Below are positions 39,518 to 52,088 of a stretch of DNA of 64,000 nucleotides, in pieces. The notes beneath the pieces were generated by a model, which worked only from the letters and a program-made list of their open reading frames with translations, made no database searches and was not told where the DNA came from. Made by a program: the position numbers and the translations under genes. The number at the start of each line of letters is the position of its first letter. The stretch's first letter is position 1. The stretch is from Dimorphilus gyrociliatus (lineage: Eukaryota; Animalia; Annelida). The stretch covers positions 310,001-374,000 of the forward strand of contig CAJFCJ010000021.1 of assembly GCA_904063045.1 (NCBI GenBank), given 5' to 3'.

Positions 39518-40450
39518 TTATAATGCCATTGAAAACCATGCGATCAGCAATGTAACTCCACCGTACGGTGTAAGCCAATTGTACTTTGTCTTGCCAGTTA
39601 AAGCATGATAGTAGCAACTTCCACAAAATATTGTCATACCGGTTGTCATTAAAAATCCACTCTGTGATGACAAAAAAAAGGTTAAGTTCTAGTCTAAAAT
39701 TGGCAAAACCTTTTTTTCAAAAAATTTAATTAGAAGACTGTGATAAGATATATTTCCGTTAGTTTGTTTCCCTTTTCCTACTACATTTTATAAATTGTAA
39801 TTAATCTAACACAATGATTTTTTATGATAAATGTTTGCTCAAATTACTGGAGAATTTTTTTTAATATGCAAAGAAAGGCGTAGTCGTTTTCATTATTTAA
39901 CTTTACAGTATATTGTAATTATTTTGGGCAGATTTGCTTATTCATGCCTAATTCTTTCTCCTTTGTGTTTTCGTATATGAAAAACAAAAAAAAAAACAAA
40001 AAACTACCAATAAGAAACGTACTAAATACGGATGTCTCATTCCAGGAGTAGCTAACAGACATAGTGTTGATACAAAATGATAACGATTTCCTATTTTGAA
40101 AACGTATTTTAAATCGGAACTGTCAATTAGATCTGTATCATCTTCATCAATCTGATTTCTAAAAACTGTGAAATAAAGAATTATTATAAATCTAGATTAT
40201 ATTCTTTGAATTATATATATTTTATTATCTCGATTAATTTAATTGCCGTACTATGGGAGCCGTAAGCGTCTAGGAGCATAGCAATTATACCCGAAATACC
40301 AGCTATTCTAACAAAAAAATCTTTTGACTCTGAACGAACTTGCTTAGCGATAAATCTTTCAGCAAACTCTTTTAAAGCATCGCCAAATTCTTTGAAACTT
40401 TCCCTTCCATCTGAAGTCGGATTATTGACGTTCTTCATGGTAAAACTCAT
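39518..40450 (-). CDS. TMEM256: Transmembrane protein 256 (DUF423)
   Basis: AGISGIIAMLLDAYGSH|...GNRYHFVSTLCLL...|SGFLMTTGMTIFCGSCYYHALTG...LTPYGGVTLLIAWFSMAL*. Confidence 0.88.
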
Positions 40451-40991
40451 TACTTTTAACTATTCTTTCTAACCAATAATTCAAAAATTCAAATACAAAT
40501 ATTTAGAATCATAAATATGAGTGGCTTTCTTTTTCTTAATGTCTCTTTTTATATGTTTATATGTTAAAATCTCTATGATTCAGATAATAATAGTAATATA
40601 GAAGTAATTTGAACAAAATCAAAAATTTGAAACTGGAAAATAAACTTAAAATATGAAAAGAGTCATATAAAGATGAGAAAAAAAACAATGAACTTTATGA
40701 GTATTTTTCGCTTTTTTTGTCATTATAAGATAGAATAAAATTAGATTTTATTTTAAATTAGTACAATAGCATTAGTATAACATTTGATGACGATAGATGG
40801 TAACGCTTAAAATCATTTTGTCGGCACCAAAAAACGTAGTTAAAAGAAACACATTTAATTGGATTTGTATGGATAACACAAAACACTTGTCTCGGAAGAG
40901 TCAGTAAAACGTATATAAGCACATGAAATAAAAGAGATGAAAAAAGAAAATAAAGACTTATGAATGTGCCTGTTCTCTTCCGCTATTCCAA

Positions 40992-43900
40992 TCATAAGAA
41001 AGGGTTGGTATTAGCAGCTGCCCCGCCAGCTCCACCTAACGGTACCAAAGGGGCCGGCATTTGTTGTTCATTTCCGAATTGAAAAGTCGGTGAATTTCTG
41101 GCCATTTGATTCATTGGAATTCGAGGTACTGCCTGCTGTTGGGCAAATGGATTTCTTGCTGCTGGATTGTTTGTAGTAGGAGGCACTCCACTCGCTAAAG
41201 CTGCAAATGGATTCGTATTGACAGGACTTGGGGTTGGTCGGCTAACTAAATTGTCCATGTTCACCAATTTGCTATGTTCACCGAGAAAATTTTCTGGTGT
41301 CTTTTTCGATGGCAGATTTGTTTCAAGAGAGGTCAAGTTAAAGGCGTCCGCTGTGTTATTATCTAATAGATGGAAAGGATTATTAGTAATCGCATGGTCA
41401 ACATGCGAAACTTAAATCATAGGAAAAGTATTTTCGACCTACAACAATTACAACCTGAGGATCTATGAAAATATTTAATAAGCAGTTGATACTTTTCTAT
41501 TTTACAATCTCTTTTAGGCAAAAAAGACTTAAGCTTAATCTTCCTTTCCTCTCGCACTTAAAAATTACATACAAATAAATACAACTTGTATATGATACAA
41601 TTCAATTCTTTACGTACACAAAAGTAACTCTGCAGTACAAACCTAAAAGGAGCGTGTTAGATCTTAGCTATTTTTAAATTACACCTTGAAACGATTCACA
41701 TTGTTTTATGATCTTGTTGATGTACTGTTTATTATTTTACATCTAAAAACTTACAAAAAAAATGACATTTATATACCATTTAAGTTACGCTAGATACATA
41801 AATGAAAATCTGCACCATCTACTTTCAGTAAACCAGAATATCTACAAATATACTTTTTAAATCTATTTGAATTCGACTCATTTTCTAGGCCTTGAATAGT
41901 AAGTTGATTTTCTCTTTCAAAAAGACTTTTTATTGTGATTTGCATAACGCTTATTTAAAGACTAGGGAGTTGTATATTGATACAAATATTACTTAGCATT
42001 TTCCTCTCTTTCTTTTTCTTGCAAATATCATACTTAGCTCAAATGGAAGATTTATTCAGCTTTGTAATTAATGATTCATTTTTAGTCGATTTTGTTATAT
42101 TTTTCATATCACTATGAATGACTAAAATCTAGATAACATTCTATATTAACTAGTAAAATGATAAAATTCTTTAAAAAAAACATAGTTCAATTCCTTATTG
42201 AAGGATTAAGAGACATTAAAGGGTGACTCACCTATATTTACCGAGGTGGTGGTTGTGGTGTTCGATCTGTTTCCTATGAGATCGAAGTCATCTAATGGAT
42301 TGGCCGCTCCTGGCTTATTTAAATTACTATAATCTTCCCAGGGAGATTCTTTTTGACTTGGAGCTCCCCAAGGGTCATTTGATCCGGTCTTCTCTGGAGC
42401 TGTTCAAAATAAAATAGGAAGAATATAAATTTAATACGAGAGATTATACTTCAAACATATATGATTTAATATTTGCAAATTATTATAGCTTGTTCAGTCA
42501 CACTCTACTCTTATATTGTTAACATTATTTTTGTTCTTTGTCAATTGAATAAAATAAGTGTTAGAATGGCGAAAAAATATTTTATGTATTCGCGATTAAA
42601 AGGTCATAATATTACGATCATGTTTTATGATTGATACTCACATTTAGATGAACTCCATGGATCGGTTTGTTGCTGCTGCGGAGCACCCCATGGATCTGAA
42701 GTAGCAGAACTGGAACCCCAAGGATCATCCTTATTTCCATTGGTAGGTTTACTTCCTGATGCCCATGGATCGTTAGCGGGTACTGCAGCACCCTTCTCTA
42801 GTTCGGGGTTTTGAAGATAAGCTCTGAATTGTGGTGATAAAACACTGTCGTCGTCATTTGTTGCTGTCGCTTGTTGTAAACTTAAGCCCACAAGGTCGTT
42901 CTGTTCTTGATCAGACTGCAAAAAAGAAAATAAATATAGACTTTTTGTCGCAAGCAAGCACCCTAAGATATTTCTTTGTCAGCAAAAGTAGTGTAGAGCA
43001 TCGAATCATCAGCTAAGAAAAATGGAAAAGAAGGCGAGAAAAAAAAATCACAACACAACTCTAATTTAATCATGCCACGGTAAATGGACTTACAAAACTC
43101 AGATGAGCCTGTACTTTCTGAAAATATCATGGAATAAAGGAAATAAATGTACCATAGCCGAGGATTAAGTGAATTAACAATAAAGAACTTACTTCCTGTT
43201 CCTTTTTGCTCTCTTCTATTGCCATATGCAGTTTCATGTCATCGCCTCTTCTCTTTCTCTCATCTTCTTCGGCTTCTTCCTTACTCATTGCTAATGCGAG
43301 TTGAAGCTGGAGCTCTTCTTCGTTTGAATTTGATGGTCGAGCAGCATCCAATTCACCTAATAATTCACAAGAGACAAATGTAATTACTCAACTAAATGTA
43401 TAGAAAATGGTTGCGTCAAAAGAGATTCTCTGAATCCTACCAAGTTTTTCCTCTTAATTACTTCCCCTGTAATCCCTTTATTATAAAAGACTATCTGCCT
43501 TTAATAACTTATGTTTACAAATTTATAAGTAAACTGCGATATGACACATAAATTCAGGCCTGAAGGAAATACCCTCTCCAGAGATTCCGAAATGAATAAG
43601 AAAATTGTTATATGTGACCTTCATATATAAGTCAGAGAATTAAGATTTTCTCTTAATGATTAAAATCTTAAGAGCTTACTTGCAGCAACATTCGGACGTG
43701 GGGAGAATGTCTCGCCGTAACTCGACGAGGTGTGCATTACAGTCGGGCTGGTTGTCTGCAATTTAACGTAATTACAATTATGGAATCTCTTACATATAGC
43801 TCATCGTAAAACGTACATTACTGCCGTATCCCATGGCACTCTGTGCGAATCGTTCTTTGGCCTTCAAGGCTTTAGCTCTTTCATTTTTCAATCTTTCTTC

Positions 43901-44296
43901 GTCCTTTAATAAAGCCACCAATTGCTTTGCTTTTTCCCGCACACTAGCTCCTTGGTCCCTGTTATCATCCATGTACTGAAAGTCTTTTAAAGTTTGAATA
44001 ACATAGATATTTTCTCGACACTGTTGGGCTACTTTTTCACTACCAGTTTTTACTATGTAATCCAAGAGAACAAGAGATTTATAAACATGCCTCCAGTTTT
44101 TGCCATGATCATTTAAACGCTTCCAAATAATCTGCATAATTTCCGTAAATGCTACAACATTATAGGTTAAATCGGCAATCCCAGCCATCAGTGTAGAAGA
44201 AGGATTCCACGGGTCATTACTAGTAGCTTCTCTAACTTTAACTTGAGCGTCCGAATAGTTTTTTACTACGTTTTTGATCGTTCGCCTTATCGGCAT
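40992..44296 (-). CDS. EPN: Epsin (ENTH, UIM, DPW and NPF motifs)
   Basis: NYSDAQVKVREATSNDPW...HGKNWRHVYKSL (ENTH), EEELQLQLALAMSKEEAE (UIM), several DPW motifs and terminal NPF repeats ending TNPFL*. Confidence 0.96.
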
Positions 44297-45688
44297 TTTG
44301 CTTAATGAAAAAAGACACAAATTATTGAGGAAAATATTAGTCGCTATGCACTAATAACCTATTGTGGTGATCTATTACTCATATTTCTGATAACATCATT
44401 ACCGTAAATTTAAATTGTGATTGTTAATAAAACAAATACCTAGATGGTATATATCCTGAATATTCTCAAAAGCTCACACAAAAATGGTTATGTAGCGGAA
44501 AATATTTGGAATTTATCACTAGTTGAAAATATGGCGTCGTAATCTTCCGTTCCTGGTGGGAGTAATGACGGTGGATGGAATTACAACCGGTTACAAATAT
44601 TTTATTTTTGACACAGCCAAAATAGTGAGAACTTGATGCTAGCTCTTCAAATTAATGAGTTAATAAGATAAGATTTATTATTTTATCTTATTCTCAATAG
44701 GCTTCACCTCTAAAAGAAAGAATTAGCAAAGAATTAGCCGGAAATGACTCATATTTTCAACAAAATAAATTTTTTTAAAAGTTGAAAGATAAAGCAACAT
44801 TTTTCCACAAACAAAAACTTACAGCGTTTTTATTTTAATAAAATTTTCGATTTCAGCCTTCTTCTGCGGACCTACTACTTATTGACTGCGGGACTATCAA
44901 GCACATCGGCTTGTAATCAGCTGATCGATATAAAATCTTTAATTTTCTTATTCAAGAAGAAATCAAACTGGAATAAATTATCAAGCTATTGATTTAAAAA
45001 ATATTTACTTCTATGTCAGAGTTAAGCATCAATAAGTTAGTATTTAAGCTCGAGTATTGGCATTTAAGAAACAACTGCCTCTAAAGCAGTTCATTATTTA
45101 TTCAAGAGTTTATTGCGAAATGTTTTGAATTAGTCCCAAACCATAACACATTTTAATTTTAAATTTCTCCTTTTTCTTATCGTATAAACTTGTTTAAAAG
45201 TAATTAATCTATATAAAAGAAAACATTTACTATTTTGGTTTATTATCGTTCTATGTCAGGTGTAAATAATAAACTAATAATAATATTGAATTATTTATAT
45301 ATAAGTACATATAAGCAAGTATTTACAACTTGTTTAAATAGAAAGAAGGCTAAAATTATATATTCGTTTCTAAACATAACATACATTATTTGAAAAGAAC
45401 AAAAACAAAGATCGATTAATGAAGGTAAAGAAATTCAAAGTATCCAAGGGCAGTCGTTCGAAGGAATGCAAACTCTTTCAAGGTCGAAATGAAATGTTAG
45501 ATACTGGATTTGTTTCAATTTGGCTGTAAAACTGTAAGGTCGTCAATTACAACTCAGCAATAAATTATTAATAAACGTAAATTTAAACTTAATTGACAAG
45601 GTGATCGACTTTTTAAAGTTACGAAGAATATTGCACAACGTTTATAGTATATATTATATTTTTATTTGAAACAAACAGTTTGACAAAC

Positions 45689-47377
45689 TCAATATCTAAA
45701 ATTCTGTGCGTCTATTTCGTAGCAAGGTTCAACATAATTTTCGGATCTAAGATGCTCTGGTATCGAAATCGGACAATTGTAGCATGAATCATTCTCTTCA
45801 TATATATAGTCTAATGATTTTATTGTTACTTTGTCATTCCCTTCGTTTAGGTCTATATTTAAAAAATTTTCAAGTAAACTACCAAAATTAATAGCATCTT
45901 TTAGAATCCAGTTATTACCAAATAGATTATCTAAACTCCCAGAAAATGGTCTTTTTATGTGTTTCCTAACTACATAGGAGCTTAAAAGACATAGAGATTT
46001 AATTGTTGGTAATCCGTTGTCGTTTAACCATTTGCGTTTTGGACTAATGTTACCATTTAGTCCTAACCACATAAGCTTTGATAACTCCTTATCATTTAAA
46101 TATCGTACGTATGAGTTAAATAAACAACCATGTTTTATAAGTAATGCATATGTATATTTAGCGAATTTTAAAAATTCATCCAAATATTCTTCTTCGATTG
46201 ATAGTTTTTTAAAGCAATACTTGAAGAATAATTTAGAAAATGGCTCTAAAGATAATTTATACATTTGCGAAAATTTCATCAATAGATTAGATAATCTCAT
46301 TAATCTTATTGCTCTATCATCCGAATGAAAATTATGTGATATTCCTTTAAACCATTGGCGAAGAATAGTTAGATATAGTTTCTTAGCAAAGGATCTTCTA
46401 AAAGTTCCAATACTTAAGTATACCTCCAACTCTTTAAAGCTATTTCCAGGCAATCTGAAATTATAAACTGCAACATCACAAAGGTCTTCTGCATCATTCG
46501 TAAAGTCCTTTTCTATAAATTGTATGAGCTTGTCAGAATAGTGTCGTACTAAATAGATACCAATAGATCTACTCTGATTTTCGTGTCTCAGATCGTTATA
46601 CCATTGATAAAAATAAGAGTCAATAATCAATTTAAATGAATTCTTCCTGTCATTTATTAGAAAATCAAAAATATCTGGCCTATCGTACTCTAAACTGATG
46701 TCAATCAATTCTTCGACAGTTCGTTTATCGTCTTTCTCAGCTAGATAGTCCCACAATATCCGGAAATGTTCCACCTTCATTAAAGAGAGCATACAGGCTT
46801 TAAATAATCTAAAGCAATAGGTTTTCCTGCTTTTTAAATTACTTTTTTGTATGATCATTTCTAATATGTAAATTTTTTCATTCTCAAATATCGATTTTAG
46901 ACAGTCTATAACACCAATCCTCCTGTCTTCCATATACGATCGAAAATCAAAAGTATATCTACTCAAAAGATACTTTGTCGATTGGAAACACATACTTTTA
47001 CAAGAATAAAATAGAAGGCCATTAATTACGCTAGATCTCCAAAAGTTAGCTTCGTCCAAGTTGATTTTATCAAGGAATAATCTTAAATTTCTTGGATTAT
47101 CATTCTTAATTAATAAGCTAATGATTGGCCAATAGTTTTTCTTGTAAAAGTAGAAGAAATCAGTAGGATTTGGATCAGTTTTAACATCAGTGTAGAAATA
47201 ATGTTGATAATTAGCTAGTTTTATCATATTCCTAATACCTTTTGAATTTGATTCAACACGACGAAGAATACTAGAGAAAGCTAAAGGATTATCCTCTAAA
47301 ACTTTCTTTAAAGTTCCATTTTTATTGTCTAAAGCAATATGAAAAGGTATAAACTTGCCTTTTTCTTCCAAACTCAT
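45689..47377 (-). CDS. Intronless divergent ankyrin-repeat / SOCS-box (ASB-like) protein
   Basis: 562-aa single ORF. Degenerate ankyrin-like units (PFHIALDNKNGTLKKVL, LLFYSCKSMCFQSTKYLL, LIDISLEYDRPDIFDFLI) and a C-terminal SOCS-box-like LPTIKSLCLLSSYVVRKHI...LDNL...LKDAI. Confidence 0.65.
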   Translation of the reverse strand: MSLEEKGKFIPFHIALDNKNGTLKKVLEDNPLAFSSILRRVESNSKGIRNMIKLANYQHYFYTDVKTDPNPTDFFYFYKKNYWPIISLLIKNDNPRNLRLFLDKINLDEANFWRSSVINGLLFYSCKSMCFQSTKYLLSRYTFDFRSYMEDRRIGVIDCLKSIFENEKIYILEMIIQKSNLKSRKTYCFRLFKACMLSLMKVEHFRILWDYLAEKDDKRTVEELIDISLEYDRPDIFDFLINDRKNSFKLIIDSYFYQWYNDLRHENQSRSIGIYLVRHYSDKLIQFIEKDFTNDAEDLCDVAVYNFRLPGNSFKELEVYLSIGTFRRSFAKKLYLTILRQWFKGISHNFHSDDRAIRLMRLSNLLMKFSQMYKLSLEPFSKLFFKYCFKKLSIEEEYLDEFLKFAKYTYALLIKHGCLFNSYVRYLNDKELSKLMWLGLNGNISPKRKWLNDNGLPTIKSLCLLSSYVVRKHIKRPFSGSLDNLFGNNWILKDAINFGSLLENFLNIDLNEGNDKVTIKSLDYIYEENDSCYNCPISIPEHLRSENYVEPCYEIDAQNFRY

Positions 47378-48140
47378 GTTTTCCGAAAGAAAAAGAAAAC
47401 TTATTATATAATATTTTCTTAACTTTTTGGAAAATATGCTTTGGATAGGAAAAAATGGAAGAAGCTAAATTTCTTTAGTTTTTAGATATTTTGAATTGAA
47501 AATTTTGAATAGATTTAATTAACTTGAATTTTAAAAAGAAAAAAAAACAAAGTATATATGAAAACAGAAAAAAGAAACAATAAAAAACGAAAGAGAAAAG
47601 TATAATTAACATTTATTGTGTAATACAACCTTGATAACTCATTGTAGTCATTAGTCTATACTATTCTGTAGTAACCAAAGGTTCAAGGCTTCAATTTTAA
47701 ATGATCTATTAACATTTTTGCTCCTTTTGTTTTTGTTTTCATTGTTAAAACTATAGTTAAAAAAGTAAAAAATATACGTTTGCATAATAGTCATTTTATT
47801 CAAGGTTTTCTCTCTTTTGTTTGTAAAATAAATGTATCAGTGCACAGGTGTTTTTCATATTAAAATGACCTTGATTTCTGATATTTTTTACAGATATACT
47901 ATATTATTATATTATTAAGTGATAACGATCAAGGTCATATTTTATCCTATTTCATTCTTTCGTTCCTTTTTTACGAACGCCTTTGTTTTAGCTCTTCTTT
48001 CCTTTTTTACGATTATCGTTAATACAGCCAATGGCATGTATAACTTTTTAAAAAAATCTTAAAATCTTGACAAATTGTTGACATGAAATTTCAGCTTTTT
48101 TTCTTCTTTGAATGAGATTTTCGCCTCTTTTGAATAAGTT

Positions 48141-50171
48141 TTATAAACAAATAGTTGGCCAAGCGCTACCCTCTACTTCTTTATCGTTGTCGTTCACCAC
48201 CGAATGTTTGATAAAATCGTCTGTAAATGACGCTAAATAGACTTTTTGTTCCTCTCTATGTCTTTTTTGAACTTCTCGAACCATTTTATCCCATTCTAAT
48301 TTTATATCGGCTAATTTCTTTTGTAGTTGCAGTAATTCTTTATTCTGTCGTTTAATTAGAGATTGAAAATCGATAGTTGCTTGATCTTCTACAACAAAGA
48401 CTTGATTACAGTATATTTCATTTGTGAAAGTTTTCTCGCCGGATTTCTCCTCTTGACCTAAATTGAGTACATTCCTCTTTAACTCCTCTGCATTTGCTTT
48501 ACTTTGATTATTTTTAATTTGTCCAATGTCTCTCTCTTCGTCTGCCAATCTCTTCTGATTTTTAATTTTTTGACGTCTGTTGTGTTTAGGACGCCATATC
48601 TTAATTTCCCATATGATGAATAAGATAAAGACAGCAGCCCAGACAAGAGCGGCATACCACATGAACATCAGAGTTGTTGGTTGAAAAATATTTTGAGCGT
48701 TATCTGCTGCATTTGTTTTATAGATTATCAAAGGCTTTGTCCACTTATCTATTTCATCGACAAACTCTTGCTTATGAACTAGAACAGTTGTCTTTAAACA
48801 AGCTCGTACGGACGGAGATAGTCCTTTAAATAGGACTCCGTGTAGGACAGGATTGCTATAAAGTATATGGAATATATCAATGTATACTTTAAAGATTAGA
48901 GGAAGAAGAGTAAAGAGTTCTTACTCTAGAGTTTGCTCAAGTAGAGTACTCGCGTTCATTTTTTCCTGTTGAGCTGCAAATGAGAAATGGTCTATTAAGC
49001 CACCCCTAGCTTCCTTGTTGTTCATCTTTTCCAAAATTTCGTCGAATGAGTTACACACTATGTAGTAAAGAGAAAATTTTTAAGTTTTCTGTCTTGGATA
49101 TTAACTGTTTCATAGTAAATATTTAAATATTACTTACAAACAGGATCAGCCCCTTTCTCTAAAGCTCTTCGAAAATCTTCACTACCATTTAGGACTGCAA
49201 CCTTTGACCCTTCAATTCCAGAAGTAACAAGAGATTCTTGAGTTAAAACCGTTGTAACAGTAGCCGTAAAAACACTCAAAATTGTTATTCCAACAACAAT
49301 CCATACTAGACCATAGATTCTGGCTTGAACTGATTTTGGCGTTGTATCACCATATCCAACAGTTGTCATTGTCACAAAAGCCCACCAGAAACCTTCCCAG
49401 AAACCTCTAAGAAAAGGTTTGGGAAAGTTTGTTGGATTCCATAATCTATCCAGTAGCCATATGATTATACCAGAGTATGCGGCACCCAATATGATGAGAG
49501 TTAATAGGGGCCATCCTGAGTTGATTGTAAAGGCAAGAGGTTAAAGTACATAAAAGATAGAATTAAAACTCTAAAATATACAAAATATATCTATGTTCAT
49601 TAGTAGTTAAATAGATAGATTATTGCTTATATAGACTATAATTGTTTGGTGGAAACTTGTTTTTCTACAAATATCACCTTCCACCTTTACAACCTTGAAC
49701 TATAACTGCCATTAAATCCGATCCGACACTTGCCGCTCTCTTTTCAAAGAAGTAAATAGATGTAGAAACTTCGATGAGAGGTAAAAAGAATGTTGATTCA
49801 TCTTGAAAGCCAATAGAACTAGCCAGAGTAGAGGACGCAGAAAACGGCAAAAAAGCCATGACTTTACCATTTGAAACGGAAGATGCGGCGTCTCTCTCAA
49901 AGTCTATTGGGTTAACAACCCTTCTAAAATCCCATGTAGAATTTGAAAACGTATTAGGACATTCCTTATGTAGTCTTAATATTGCTGCTTGAAAGAAACC
50001 CTGAAAGGGTATAGGATATTGAGATGCGCTTTTATTAAAAATTGTATACGGTTCAATCTGCCACCAGGTAATTTTAGTTTGGTCAACTTCATCTTTACAA
50101 GATACCAACAAAGCGAAAATTGAAATATATATGAGAATTTCAAAACAAATTGAAGCACGAATGAACAACAT
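48141..50171 (-). CDS. Ligand-gated channel with iGluR topology and K+ selectivity filter (GluR0/AvGluR1-like)
   Basis: Four exons joined in phase. Order: signal peptide; S1-like lobe (WWQIEPY...FFLPLIEVSTSIYF); M1; pore helix and filter FWWAFVTMTTVGYGD (49346-49366 = TTVGYGD); M2 (SVFTATVTTVL); S2-like lobe (VAVLNGS...GGLID...HGVLFKGLSPSVR); extra TM (LMFMWYAALVWAAVFILFIIW); coiled-coil tail. Confidence 0.85.
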
Positions 50172-50597
50172 GAGTTCACTAAGAGATCGAAACCTATTCC
50201 CGACTGCAAAAAGTTTCAATTTCTCCCATTTTTTTGCAACAGCTGTTACAAACAAGTCCTAATGATTTTTATAATTTTCTTTTATTTTAAAAAATATGTA
50301 GGATAAAATATTCAAAAGGTGGATGGCAACAACCTATTCTATTAAGTTAGTGTGTTGAACTGATCTTTGTCCACAAATTAGGCACTATTAGGCTTCTTAG
50401 AGTTGAAGTTAAAAAGAGAACTAGGCTATGAGGTTTCTGGGGGAATATACGTAAATAGCTTGTTGTTTTCCTCTACTTTTCAACGAATTCTCTCGCTAAA
50501 TATATATATATATATATATATATATTCTCTACATTTCCCCGTTCCCTTACCCTTCCTCGTCTCTCTATCTCTCTTTTTCTCTCTCTGTCTCTCTCTC

Positions 50598-50631
<34 letters not shown>

Positions 50632-51582
50632 TCTATACAGCTACCCATTATCCCTTCCTCTTCACACCGAATATAGACCAAATTATCTTCAAAAAAGAGT
50701 GAAACACTATCCAAAAGCTTAAATTATAAACATATCTGGCTTACGTAATGTTTGGCGGATGTTGTATATCTTTCTTCAAGATCGGTTAAGTAATAATTTT
50801 GTAATCGATTTGCCACTCCCCTTCTATAATTCTAAAAATATCTAATATTAACTACAACATAAGATTTCAAAGAAATAAACAAACTTTAAGATGAATTACG
50901 TTAACATGATTAAAGGCTTCTTCCTTTAATAAAAACGAATATAAAGTAAGCAATATGTATATATATATTTTTTTAATTTTCTCTTTAATACACCTTTAAT
51001 TTACTTCCTAATAGCTAAAATTATACATATAATTATATATTAATCAATGCAAAGTATAACATCTTTAGTTAGTTTTCAATCAAAGGTAAATAATTGAACA
51101 TCTAAGTAAATCTCTGTATTTGTTTCAGTCATACGTTTTTTTCTTACACACAAAAAAAGAGAGAGGAATTTGGCCTACTTCAAACAAAAAAAAGAGATTA
51201 TTCTCTGTTGTTTACAGACCTTGTACCCTGAATGTTCCTATTGCACTACTTAAAGGCTGAATTTTTTTAAGACAGTAAAGGTCAGACACGGTCGAATCAA
51301 TAGCCTTATCAATACATTTTGAGATTAAATTCAATATGCAATTTATATACAGTAATCATCTAAATACGATCTTTTTTGATGTTTTCTACTGAATAAAAAC
51401 AGTGTAAAAAATTAGGTTCAAAGAGCAATGATATAAAGTTATTAGCAACCAAGCATCTTTTGTTTGAGATGTGTGTATGTGTGTACTTTTTTTACACATA
51501 TTTTGACTGATTGCCGTTCTAAGAGCGGCTATTTATATACGCAATAAAAAGTAATATGCTGTCAGGTTCGTAGAACACTGAT

Positions 51583-52088
51583 TTAAAGGTCATGTAAAGA
51601 TGAATAATGCCTCTTTAGGTTACTCTTTGTAGTAAAAGTTTTGTTACATATATGACAAATAGGTCTAATGTTCAAGTGAATACTTTTCTCGTGATTACGA
51701 AGAGACGTTCGATTCTTGAATGTTTTTGGACATTTTAAACAGTAATGGGGTCTTTCACCAGTATGAACAACCAAGTGTCTCTTCAATGAATAGTTATCCT
51801 TTCCCACAAATTCACACGTTGCGCATTTTATCTTCTTCGATTTGGTGACCTTGTTGTTAGAGAGTTCGTTGACTGTCTTTAACTCTTTATCACTTTCTCT
51901 AACGTCCTCGACTTTAATCTTTTCAGCGCTAGGAGTATTTTTAACTTTTCGTAGAAATGGTAAAGCATTTCACAAATTAAAGAAAACAAAGAAAATATTG
52001 AATTTCTACCTTCGAATTGAACTTCGTCTCCCATTGTTCTTAAGCCATTTGCATTTATATTCATACCGGAAATCATAAGTTTTCCCAT
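51583..52088 (-). CDS. C2H2 zinc-finger protein (3 fingers); 5' structure uncertain
   Basis: CATCEFVGKDNYSLKRHLVVH-TGERP-HYCLKCPKTFKNRTSLRNHEKSIH...CHICNKTFTTKSNLKRHYSSLH. An in-phase upstream exon reads MGKLMISG...QFE|VKNTPS. Confidence 0.85.
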
